Shown here one piece after another: positions 11,319 through 19,716 of a DNA stretch of 64,000 nucleotides. Position 1 is the first letter of the stretch, and every line of letters starts with the position of its first letter. Position numbers and translations under genes: made by a program. Source of the stretch: an uncultured Acetobacteraceae bacterium (GTDB lineage: Bacteria > Pseudomonadota > Alphaproteobacteria > Acetobacterales > Acetobacteraceae). The stretch is from assembly GCA_964242565.1 (NCBI GenBank), contig CAXTCT010000001.1, positions 500 to 64,499 of the forward strand. The letters run 5' to 3'. The notes beneath the pieces are model-generated. The model was not told the origin of the DNA and did not search any database. It saw nothing but the letters and a program-made list of their open reading frames with translations.

Positions 11319-11594
11319 ATGCCTCGTTCGATAAACTGGACCGGCGATCTCGATGCGAAACTCATCCGCCTCCTCGACTTCCAGGGCGCAACAATCCGCG
11401 GTGCTGCAAAGCGGCTCGGCGTGAGCCGTAGCTTCGCCCAGCGGAGGGCAAAGTTGCTCTCGACACGCATGCGACAGAATTCCTGTACTGAAGCCCGGGA
11501 AGCGGCTGGGATAGATCCACTACCCGCAGGTCATCCGATCACCTGGAACGCCATTTCAACAGAGCCCACACATTTCAGCAGCTTGTCTTCATAG
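11319..11594 (+). CDS. Small helix-turn-helix protein, putative regulator of the cluster
   Basis: WT..LDAKL..L...GATIRGAAKRLGVSRSFAQRRA is an HTH pattern; C-terminal PLPAGHPITW motif. Confidence 0.75.
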   Translation: MPRSINWTGDLDAKLIRLLDFQGATIRGAAKRLGVSRSFAQRRAKLLSTRMRQNSCTEAREAAGIDPLPAGHPITWNAISTEPTHFSSLSS

Positions 11595-11686
11595 GAGCGG
11601 CGCACAACTGCTTCTGGACATCCCGACAAGCTCAGGCTGATCGGCGAGCCACAGGGTCGGTGCTTCTGCAAGCTTTACAGGGATAC

Positions 11687-12256
11687 ATGATGAAAATTGA
11701 CAGCGAATGCGAACTCCAGCCGGCGCCGGTCAAGATGTCAATCCATCTGAGCGTGGAGCGCTATCTTGAAAACAGAGCGACTCCGGAGCGACTTCGTAAA
11801 GGCAGTGACTTCCGGATCCTGGACGGGATGCAGCGCCTGTGCGGGCCCCTTTCAGCTCTACATCGTTCGGGCGAAATAGGCGACAGCCATGTTGCAGCGG
11901 CCGATCGCTGGTATCGTGACTATGTGCTCGGCGTAGAGGGCGCGCGGGACCCGGATTCTCGCCGCAGCGGAAAGTCCGGGGATTACCATGCCGGTATGCT
12001 TTCCCGCGTGGCAGCATGCACGCGGTATCGTGGAGTGCGCGACGCCCTTGGTTTTTGCACCGAGGTAAGGCTGCGCCTATTGCTGCTCGACGAGTTGTCG
12101 TTTTCTGCCATAGCCGAAAAGCTTATGCCGAAAGACGTAAACGGACGCAAGAAAGTTGCGGCGCAGATGGTTTTTTTACTCGAACAACTAGCAGAACATT
12201 ATGAGGTTATTGATAAGGAGTCCCGGTCATCAAGTCCTACAGCCAGGGAACGTTGA
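11687..12256 (+). CDS. DUF6456-like / Q-like putative antiterminator-activator
   Basis: L.RSGEI...HVAAADRWYRDY...RYRGVRDALG...LLLLDELSF.AIA...LEQLAEHY resembles the DUF6456 sigma-region-4-like fold; lies directly upstream of the promoter, terminator and late genes. Confidence 0.6.
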   Translation: MMKIDSECELQPAPVKMSIHLSVERYLENRATPERLRKGSDFRILDGMQRLCGPLSALHRSGEIGDSHVAAADRWYRDYVLGVEGARDPDSRRSGKSGDYHAGMLSRVAACTRYRGVRDALGFCTEVRLRLLLLDELSFSAIAEKLMPKDVNGRKKVAAQMVFLLEQLAEHYEVIDKESRSSSPTARER

Positions 12257-12379
12257 ACCGCCGTCTGACGCCCCGGGACATTTCCTCGCCTCCAGTATAG
12301 TCGAACTCGAAAAGAGGACCGGCCTATGCCACCATCAGTTCAAACAAGAAGGCATTTTCTGTAACGGTATCGAAACATC

Positions 12380-12408
12380 TTGACGCCGGGTCCAGTCGAG
12401 GATATAAG
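12380..12408 (+). promoter_or_regulatory. Near-consensus sigma70 late promoter
   Basis: TTGACG (12380-12385), 17 bp, TATAAG (12403-12408). Confidence 0.8.
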
Positions 12409-12428
12409 GATCTCATACTGAATTAGTT

Positions 12429-12467
12429 AGGCCCGCCGGCAGAGATGCTTGGCGGGCTTTGTCGTTT
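12429..12467 (+). terminator. Promoter-proximal intrinsic terminator/attenuator
   Basis: Stem GCCCGCC-GGCA / TGCT-T-GGCGGGC with GAGA tetraloop, followed by TTTGTCGTTT (imperfect U tract). Confidence 0.65.
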
Positions 12468-12489
12468 CCGACACATACAGCGGGTTACT

Positions 12490-12900
12490 ATGATGTTCGC
12501 AGGCATTGTGCAGATCACACGTGGCGATGTCGTCGCGAGCGGCGCATCGATCTACTTCGTTCGTGCTATGGAAGGCGATGAAATGATGTTGCTTCGGATC
12601 GAGAATCAACGTGGCGTCCGGCATCGTGCGGATGTGACACCCGATCATTGGTCCGATATTGCGCTCAGCGGCCTGCCTCTGCAGGATATCGTGATTCGCT
12701 GCGTTCCGATCAGACGCTACACCACATGCAACCTGACTAGAATGGGCTGCCTTTCCGATCTTCTGCAGGAACGCATCGAGAGGGCGCTGAAACGAGAGAT
12801 GCTGGTACGTCGTTTCGAAGAATCGCCGCCGATGCGAAGCAACCTGGTAGCCTCTACATCTTCACGAGGCCGTCGCGTCGGCGCGGTCCGTTACGCCTGA
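12490..12900 (+). CDS. Divergent PemK/MazF-fold protein
   Basis: RGDVV near the N-terminus, DV...W.....GL....VIRC..I, and G.LS..L..RIE.AL C-terminal helix; the RP.LV catalytic loop is absent. Confidence 0.5.
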   Translation: MMFAGIVQITRGDVVASGASIYFVRAMEGDEMMLLRIENQRGVRHRADVTPDHWSDIALSGLPLQDIVIRCVPIRRYTTCNLTRMGCLSDLLQERIERALKREMLVRRFEESPPMRSNLVASTSSRGRRVGAVRYA

Positions 12901-13436
12901 GCCCGCCCGCAGCGGATGTTGCTGCAACCTCGTCGGGGCGATCCAAGCGGAAAGTTCCTAAAGCTCTGGCAAAGCCACCGGTCAGAAGCCTGGAACCCAT
13001 TGACCGCTTCCTGATCGCCCTGGCGCAGACCGGCAATCCCAGTGTCGCCTGCCGTGCAAGCACGATCACGCGGCGCGAAGTCAATTTACTGCGCCAAAGC
13101 AATGCCGAGTTTGAGATGGCTTTTCAGGAGGCCATGGACGAAGCGGCTGACCTGCTGGAGGCGGAAGCCTGGAGACGAGCCCTGGAAGGCGTGGCCGAGC
13201 CGGTGGTGAAGGGGGGGAAGCCAGTGCTCCATCCCACCACAGGCGAAGCGGTCATGGTGCGCCGCTATAGCGACGCGCTGCTCGTGCTGCTGTTGCGTGG
13301 GAGCAAACCTGGCAAGTTCGCCTCGCGTCCAACGACCTCTACTCGTGAAGATCCGGCACAAATCATCAGGGAGATGGCCTCAGACCATGATCCGCCAAGA
13401 CGGGACGCAAAACCGGAGTGGCAACGCCGGCCATGA
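12897..13436 (+). CDS. Terminase small subunit
   Basis: The frame of ORF 13116-13436 is open upstream and reads FLIALAQTGNPSVACRA...EFEMAFQEA.DEA.D.LE.EA.RRA.EG...RRYSD.LL.LLL; start inferred as CTG 12897 overlapping the upstream TGA. Confidence 0.75.
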   Translation: MSPPAADVAATSSGRSKRKVPKALAKPPVRSLEPIDRFLIALAQTGNPSVACRASTITRREVNLLRQSNAEFEMAFQEAMDEAADLLEAEAWRRALEGVAEPVVKGGKPVLHPTTGEAVMVRRYSDALLVLLLRGSKPGKFASRPTTSTREDPAQIIREMASDHDPPRRDAKPEWQRRP

Positions 13437-15486
13437 GGCCGGACGGGTGGCATTGAGCGAGCCACAATGGGCTATCTATAGCGCCGGCTGGGGCGAGACC
13501 GCACGCTTTCGCGTTGCCGTGTGCGGGCGTCGCTTTGGCAAGGCCCTGGCGGTCTCTACCCCGCTTCCTTCGCCGGACGGCTGGACGACCATGGGCGTTT
13601 TGCAAGAAGATGATCGCCTGTTTGACCAGCGAGGTGCGGTATGTCGGGTGGTACTGGCAACAGATATCATGCTGGGACGGCCATGCAACCGGATCAGCTT
13701 CGACGACGGCGTCCAGATCATCGCCGACGACGATCATCTATGGCAAGTTCGTGAAGAGCTCGGAGGCCACATACGCTACGCGGTGAGCAGGACACGTGAT
13801 CTTGCTAGACGTCTGGAGTATGGCGCGCATTACCGTTGTTCGATCGCAGCATCCCGCGCCCTGCAGATGCCAGAGTTCGCGTTCCGAGAGGATCCATACG
13901 AAGTAGGAAGAAGGGCGGCCGGAAGAGGATTGTCAGGCATCGGCGGTATCGGGGTTACAGGCTCGATACGACAGCGCCGGCGCTTGCTGCGGGGGATTGT
14001 CGATGGCCTAGGCGGCATCCGCCACAACGATGGCCGTCGTGTGGAATGCCCGACAGCAGCGCTGATGCGCGATCTGCTTGAGCTTCTGCGGTCACTTGGG
14101 CAGGTTCCGCGGGTTGAGACGCAGTCCAGTTCAAACCCGAATGGTGATGTTCTGGTCTGGGGCAGTGCAGGCCGGAATGCGGCGCGACAGGTGGTCGCCG
14201 TCGAGCCGATGGAAAGCGTTGCCGTCCGCTGTATTCAGGTCGACTCGCCGTCGCGGTTGTACCTTTGTGGCGACGGGATGGTGCCGACGCATAACACCTT
14301 CCTGATGGCCGAGGAGATCCGGCGTGCGGCACGCCTTGCCATCCGCTCCAACATCGGCGTGGAAAACGAGATCTGGTATGGGGCGCCCACATTCGTACAG
14401 GCCAAGCGCGTGATGTGGGGACGCCTCAAGAAGGCCATTCCCTCGCGCTGGCTGGACGGGCGCCCCAACGAGACCAGTTGCATGATGAGGTTACGTTCGG
14501 GGCATGTAATCCGCATTGTCGGGCTGGATGCCTTCGAAAGCTTGCGTGGATCCGGGCTTTGGTTCTTCGGAGGAGACGAATGGGCGGATTGCAGACCGGA
14601 AGCCTGGATGGAGGTGGTGCGGCCGATGCTCTCGACGTCGAGGGGGCACGCCTTGTTCATCGGAACGCCAAAAGGTTTCGACCATTTCAGGGACGCCTAC
14701 CTGCTCGGTCAGCCAGGTGGAGATCCGAGTTACCGATCTTTCCTGTTCACCACCCTCGACGGCGGCAACGTGCCCGCAGAAGAGGTGGTCGCGGCGCAAA
14801 ACCAGCTTGACCCGAGAACCTTCAGGCAGGAATACGGAGCGAGCTTCGAGAGCTATGCTGGACGGGTAGTCTATGCCTTCAGTCGCGCCGAGAGCGTGCA
14901 GGCTATGGCTTATGATCCGTCCCGACCTCTGCATGTCGGAATGGATTTCAACATCAACCCCATGTCGGCGACGATATGGCAGGAAGATGGCGAGATCACG
15001 CGGCAGATCGCCGAGATCATCCTGCCCACGTCCAACACCGATGAGATGGCGGTGGAGATAAGCCGCCGTTACGGGCGGAGCGGTTTTGATCCTGCTCTCA
15101 AAACAGTCGACCATATTACGGTCTATCCGGATCCTGCAGGTGCGCAACGGCGAAGTTCGGCGGGTGGCCGGACCGACATCGGCATCCTGCGCGAGGCCGG
15201 ATTGCGTGTCGTGGCGATGGCGGCCCACCCATCGGTACGAGACAGGACGAATGTCATGAACCGGCAATTCCTATCGGCCGATGGCGTCCGGCGCGCCTTC
15301 GTGGACCCGTCATGCACAAAATCCATCGAGGCCTACGAGAGACTGGTCTACCGGGACGGCACCAACGAGCCCGACAAGAGCCAGGGTCAGGATCATCTAG
15401 TAGACGCGAGCGGCTATTACCTGTTTGGCCGGACACTCCGCCAAGCCGGCGGCAAGGCATCGGTATCTCACCTTATGGAGCGCTGA
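13387..15486 (+). CDS. Terminase large subunit, intein-containing
   Basis: Walker A GRRFGK/T split by an intein, SLRG, Walker B GGDEWAD, IGTPKG, nuclease motifs GMDFN and DHLVDA; start uncertain (ATG 13387 or GTG 13447). Confidence 0.93.
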   Translation: MIRQDGTQNRSGNAGHEAGRVALSEPQWAIYSAGWGETARFRVAVCGRRFGKALAVSTPLPSPDGWTTMGVLQEDDRLFDQRGAVCRVVLATDIMLGRPCNRISFDDGVQIIADDDHLWQVREELGGHIRYAVSRTRDLARRLEYGAHYRCSIAASRALQMPEFAFREDPYEVGRRAAGRGLSGIGGIGVTGSIRQRRRLLRGIVDGLGGIRHNDGRRVECPTAALMRDLLELLRSLGQVPRVETQSSSNPNGDVLVWGSAGRNAARQVVAVEPMESVAVRCIQVDSPSRLYLCGDGMVPTHNTFLMAEEIRRAARLAIRSNIGVENEIWYGAPTFVQAKRVMWGRLKKAIPSRWLDGRPNETSCMMRLRSGHVIRIVGLDAFESLRGSGLWFFGGDEWADCRPEAWMEVVRPMLSTSRGHALFIGTPKGFDHFRDAYLLGQPGGDPSYRSFLFTTLDGGNVPAEEVVAAQNQLDPRTFRQEYGASFESYAGRVVYAFSRAESVQAMAYDPSRPLHVGMDFNINPMSATIWQEDGEITRQIAEIILPTSNTDEMAVEISRRYGRSGFDPALKTVDHITVYPDPAGAQRRSSAGGRTDIGILREAGLRVVAMAAHPSVRDRTNVMNRQFLSADGVRRAFVDPSCTKSIEAYERLVYRDGTNEPDKSQGQDHLVDASGYYLFGRTLRQAGGKASVSHLMER
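13543..14295 (+). mobile_element. Class 3 intein (251 aa) with degenerate LAGLIDADG domain
   Basis: Starts ALAVSTP...DGW, block B ADDDHLW, block F VRCIQVD, block G VPTHN followed by Thr+1; removing it restores GRRFGKT. Confidence 0.92.
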
Positions 15487-15491
15487 GCAGC

Positions 15492-16952
15492 ATGGATTGG
15501 ATTGCCCTCCAGGCCAGGATGCCGCGCGACGCGGACATGCCCGATCGCAGCTTCCGGCTCGGCGCCCTAGAAGCCGTGCTGGATGGACGACAATATGATC
15601 TGCTGCCGCACGCCTTCTCCCGGGAGCGGAGCGATGCGGGGGAATATGTGCCGCTCGATGAGCGGCGGCCCTCGGTGCGTACTGGTCTGTGCCGGGTTGT
15701 GGTCGAGGATTCCGTTTCTCTTTTGTTCAGCGAAGGACACTGGCCGTCGCTGCGTGTCAATTGCGACAGGACCAGGGCCGCCCTTGTCGATCTGGTGCGT
15801 GAGACCCATCTCAACGACACCATGCTCGAGGCGGCGACCCGGGGCGCCGTCGGATCGGTGGCGGTATTGTTCCGAGCGGTTGGGCGCAAGCCGTTCTTCG
15901 AGGTGCTGCCGACCCGCATGCTGACGCCGCAATGGAGCCGAAAGGACCCGGGCACCTTGCTGAGCGTGACCGAGCGTTACAAGGTGGCAGCCCCGGAATT
16001 GCTCGGACTCGGATATGATGTCGATCCGCTTGCTGGACCCATGTGGTTCCAACGGCGGTGGGACGATAATGCCGAGACATGGTATCGTCCGGTGCCGGTG
16101 GGAAGCGCTATCGTCGCGGGAGTCGATCCTGACCGCAGCGTCGTCCACGGACTCGGGTTCGTGCCGATTGTGTGGATGAGAAACATATCCGGAGGTGGCG
16201 GTTTCGATCCGGAGGGATTTGACGGCGCCTGCACCTTTTCTGCGGCAATCGACACGGTAATAGAAGCCGATTATCTGCTGTCGCAGGCCGGCCGCGGACT
16301 GAAATATGGTTCAGATCCGACGCTGGTCCTGAAGGATCCGAACGCCTCGCTCAGTCCACTGGCAACAGCAGTGCGCTCTGGCGGTGTCGCCAGCGCCTTG
16401 ACGCTGCCCCCTGAGGGCGACGCGAAGCTGCTGGAGATCAACGGCAATGCAGCGGCAGCCGTGTTGGCCCATGTGCAGGAACTGCGGGCTATCGCATTGG
16501 AAGCGATGCATGGCAACCGTGCGCATGGTGACAGGCTCGGCAGCGCACAAAGTGGCCGCGCTATCGAGCTGATGTCGCAGGGATTGATTTGGCTGGCAGA
16601 TCGGCTCCGCATTTCCTACGGCGAATGCGGGCTGCTGTCGCTGATGCACATGGTGTGCGCCGCTTCCAGTAAAGTGCGTGGCGGCTTGAGGATCGCCGGT
16701 CAGGATTATGTCGATCTCGATCCTTCGGGCCTGTCCCTGATCTGGCCGAGCTGGTTCCCCGCCAGCTTTACCGACAAGCAGGCGCAGGCAACGACGGTAG
16801 CGACCCTCGTCAGCAGCGGTGTCATCAGCCGCGCAGCGGCGTTCGATATCATCGCGCCGCTTTACGATCTTGTGGACCAACCGCCGCCTGATGCGGACGG
16901 CCCGGGAGACGAACCCGAGGAAACGCCGCCGGACGGTAGCGACGCTCGGTAG
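15492..16952 (+). CDS. Phage portal protein (SPP1-like)
   Basis: Follows TerL; about 486 aa; HGLGFVPIVW.RN and AQSGRAIE motifs; acidic tail. Confidence 0.85.
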   Translation: MDWIALQARMPRDADMPDRSFRLGALEAVLDGRQYDLLPHAFSRERSDAGEYVPLDERRPSVRTGLCRVVVEDSVSLLFSEGHWPSLRVNCDRTRAALVDLVRETHLNDTMLEAATRGAVGSVAVLFRAVGRKPFFEVLPTRMLTPQWSRKDPGTLLSVTERYKVAAPELLGLGYDVDPLAGPMWFQRRWDDNAETWYRPVPVGSAIVAGVDPDRSVVHGLGFVPIVWMRNISGGGGFDPEGFDGACTFSAAIDTVIEADYLLSQAGRGLKYGSDPTLVLKDPNASLSPLATAVRSGGVASALTLPPEGDAKLLEINGNAAAAVLAHVQELRAIALEAMHGNRAHGDRLGSAQSGRAIELMSQGLIWLADRLRISYGECGLLSLMHMVCAASSKVRGGLRIAGQDYVDLDPSGLSLIWPSWFPASFTDKQAQATTVATLVSSGVISRAAAFDIIAPLYDLVDQPPPDADGPGDEPEETPPDGSDAR

Positions 16953-16999
16953 CTTCATCAGGTCTTGAGAGGCCGATACAGGGAAGGACTGAAACGCCT

Positions 17000-17545
17000 A
17001 TGGCAGAGCAAAGCGTCGATCAGCTCGATACGTCAGATGACCTACCGCCGCTCGAGGCGGTCGAATTGCCGCGAGAGCCGACCGACTACGAGAAGCGGCT
17101 GCGCCGGGACATGGCACGGTACCGCGAACAAGTACGAACTGCGCAAACCGAACGCGACACAAATGTAGCGGCTGCAGCACGGGATCGTGACGAAGCCATC
17201 GCCATGGTTCGTAGCGAGGCCACCGGAAGAGTAATCCGGTCGGAACTGAAAGCCTATGCGCTCAAGGCGGGTATCATCGATCTAGACGGCCTGCGGCTCG
17301 CAGACAGCTCGAAACTCGCATTGAACGAGGACGGTGAAGTCGTTGGCGCCGAAGCCCTGATCGAAACACTTCGGCAGACGAAGCCTTACCTGTTTTCCGA
17401 CGCGCGTACCGGTCTAAGTACTGGCACGACCGGACAGACGCAGCGCCCGCCCTCGCCAGCGGTGCCAAGCAACGTGGACGCACGCAGCCTGTCGAGGGAG
17501 GCCTGGCAGGCGGAACGTAGCCGGCTGTTGGGTGAGCCCAGGTAG
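17000..17545 (+). CDS. Capsid scaffolding protein
   Basis: Coiled-coil N-half (YEKRLRRDMARYRE), L...KPYLF motif, sits between portal and capsid. Confidence 0.8.
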   Translation: MAEQSVDQLDTSDDLPPLEAVELPREPTDYEKRLRRDMARYREQVRTAQTERDTNVAAAARDRDEAIAMVRSEATGRVIRSELKAYALKAGIIDLDGLRLADSSKLALNEDGEVVGAEALIETLRQTKPYLFSDARTGLSTGTTGQTQRPPSPAVPSNVDARSLSREAWQAERSRLLGEPR

Positions 17546-17678
17546 CTGTCGACGCAACCGCTCGAGGCAACGGCGTCATACTCGTCGGCTGCCTGATTTG
17601 CATCAAATGACCAGCAGGTATTGAAGCGGGAGATCGCTGCCGATCTTCCGTGCCCTGCTATTGAGAGAGAACTGCTTC

Positions 17679-19052
17679 ATGGGCATCCAGAACTTTCCGC
17701 AACAGCTGCAGCCGATCATTCAGCAGGGCTTTCTGGCCCGCGAGTTTCAGGACGGCCTGCAGTCGCGGTTGAGCTTCCGCGCAATTGCCGATCGGGAGGT
17801 GTTTCCGAACCGGATCGGTGAGACGGTCACCAAGACCCGTAAAGGCCTTAAGACGCCGGTTACCGCACCGCTCGCACCGTCGGTTAATACGAACTTTGAC
17901 AACGGGCTAACGCCATCCACCTGGTCGGTGGAACAATACACTCTTACCATCAACCAGTATGGTGACACGATCGACCTCAACATGGTCAGCGAAGGAGTCG
18001 GCATTGCCAGCCAGTTCCTCGCCAACGCCCGTACCAACGGCGTCCAGGCAATGCAGTCGCTTGATCGGATCGCTCGTAACGCGTTGTTTGGCGGTGCGCC
18101 GGGCGGCGTGGGCGGGTATTTGGGCGGCAACACTCGCGTGGTCACAACCCTCGGGGCACCGGCGACGACTTTGCGGGTGGATGATATCCGTGGCTTCCAG
18201 AACGTCCTCAACATATACGGTCAGGTTGTCGCCGTCGGTGCGACAAACGGCATGACCGTGACGGTTGGCTCCAATGCTTACACGCTGATCAACAGCCTCT
18301 CGGACGCGGTGAGCCTTTCGACGGCACCTAATGGTCTTTCCGGTACACTGACCTTCTCGACCAACGTCGCGATCGCCGATGGCACCGCGACGCAGCCGGT
18401 GATTGCGGCGACGGCACCTCTTGTGTTGCGGCCCAACGGCAGACTGAGCACCGCGGCCCTGGTGGCGCCGTCGGGAACTTATGGTGCGACCACCTATGTT
18501 CCGGGAGACACGCTGGGGATTCAAACTGTTTTGGGAGCCGTAGCGGCGCTACGTATGAACAACGTGCCGACAATCAACGGCTCGTATAACTGCTATCTAG
18601 ACGACCAGCAGATGTTGGGTCTGTTCCGGGACGGCGATTTCAAATATCTGTATCGGGGCGCGTACGGCAGCGACGCCTATCATTCCGGTTCCGTCGTCGA
18701 GTTGCTCGGCGTCCGCTTCGTACCGACCACTGAGGCGCCGCAGCAGCTTTCATTAGGTTCGGGGGCAATTCATCGCGCCATCGTGTGCGGCAAGGGGGCG
18801 CTGATCGAAGGTGATTATGCGGACATGGGAGCCCGCGATATACCCGACGCCGACAAGTCGCTGATGGAGCGTGTCGATAACGTCGTGATGGTTACGCGCG
18901 AACCGCTCGACCGTCTCAAGCAGATCATTGCGCAGTCCTGGTACTGGATCGGCGGCTATGCTCTTCCGACTGATGCGACGGCGAGCACGTCGATCATCCC
19001 GACCTCCACGAACAGCTATCTCAAGCGTGGCGTTGTCATCGAGAGCCTGTGA
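17679..19052 (+). CDS. Major capsid protein
   Basis: Position after scaffold; GETVTKT, QYGDTIDL, DPL/EPLDRL..II..SWYW.GG HK97-fold-type ending. Confidence 0.85.
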   Translation: MGIQNFPQQLQPIIQQGFLAREFQDGLQSRLSFRAIADREVFPNRIGETVTKTRKGLKTPVTAPLAPSVNTNFDNGLTPSTWSVEQYTLTINQYGDTIDLNMVSEGVGIASQFLANARTNGVQAMQSLDRIARNALFGGAPGGVGGYLGGNTRVVTTLGAPATTLRVDDIRGFQNVLNIYGQVVAVGATNGMTVTVGSNAYTLINSLSDAVSLSTAPNGLSGTLTFSTNVAIADGTATQPVIAATAPLVLRPNGRLSTAALVAPSGTYGATTYVPGDTLGIQTVLGAVAALRMNNVPTINGSYNCYLDDQQMLGLFRDGDFKYLYRGAYGSDAYHSGSVVELLGVRFVPTTEAPQQLSLGSGAIHRAIVCGKGALIEGDYADMGARDIPDADKSLMERVDNVVMVTREPLDRLKQIIAQSWYWIGGYALPTDATASTSIIPTSTNSYLKRGVVIESL

Positions 19053-19267
19053 TGGTCCGACGCAAGGGGGAGGCGCCTTTGGCGCCTCCCGACATTGAGA
19101 CGACAGATGGGGTTCTAGCGAACAAATGTCGTTACAGCTTGGTGTTTCCGTATGGCTTCATCGACGGGAACGGAATGCACCGCTTTTGGCACGCGGGCCA
19201 GCCGCTGCGCGATCCCGACGAAATCGCGTTGCTGCAGGCGCGCGGCGTCCATTTGACGGAGGACTAG
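19052..19267 (+). CDS. Small hypothetical virion-associated protein
   Basis: Coupled to the capsid stop; YGFID..G..RFW.AG....DPDEIALL.ARG. Confidence 0.6.
   Translation: MVRRKGEAPLAPPDIETTDGVLANKCRYSLVFPYGFIDGNGMHRFWHAGQPLRDPDEIALLQARGVHLTED
19068..19090 (+). other. Perfect 10-bp hairpin just after the capsid gene
   Basis: GGGAGGCGCC-TTT-GGCGCCTCCC with no U tract. Confidence 0.7.
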
Positions 19268-19270
19268 GTC

Positions 19271-19672
19271 TTGTCGGGTTCCGCCAGCTTTTCCAACCTA
19301 GCCTTAAGTGTTGCGGAGCGGGTAGATGTCCGCCGGTTCTGCGGATATCCCGCTTATGGTGCAGGGAACACAGGATCCCAATCTTGGCGCTTCTTTCAGG
19401 CCTATGGGACGCTCGAATACAGGCTGACCAATTTTGCGCCGGAAGAACTCCAGGTAGTAAGGCAATATCTTGTTTCCTTGTACTCTCTGGAACAGGCGAT
19501 CGTTACCGCCGCTTCAAATCTAGACACAGACAAAGCTGCGGCATGGACCCATAGCCGATCTGAAGTGGCCGACCGCGTTAAACTGTTCGATGAGTGGCGG
19601 AAGAGACTCGCAACATTCATCGGCGTGCCCCTCGATCCAGGCGCCGCAGCGACGGCCGGGATCGTGATCTAG
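19271..19672 (+). CDS. Putative head-tail adaptor (neck) protein
   Basis: Position after capsid, helical 133 aa; TTG start with GGAGG RBS. Confidence 0.65.
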   Translation: MSGSASFSNLALSVAERVDVRRFCGYPAYGAGNTGSQSWRFFQAYGTLEYRLTNFAPEELQVVRQYLVSLYSLEQAIVTAASNLDTDKAAAWTHSRSEVADRVKLFDEWRKRLATFIGVPLDPGAAATAGIVI

Positions 19673-19716
19673 ACGTGGAGGTCCCCCTTAACGACTGGCA
19701 GAACTAGGAACGGACG

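Noticed and set aside
12445-12489. ORF-track start of the PemK-like gene at 12445
   Set aside because: Lies inside the terminator hairpin; ATG 12490 or later is more plausible
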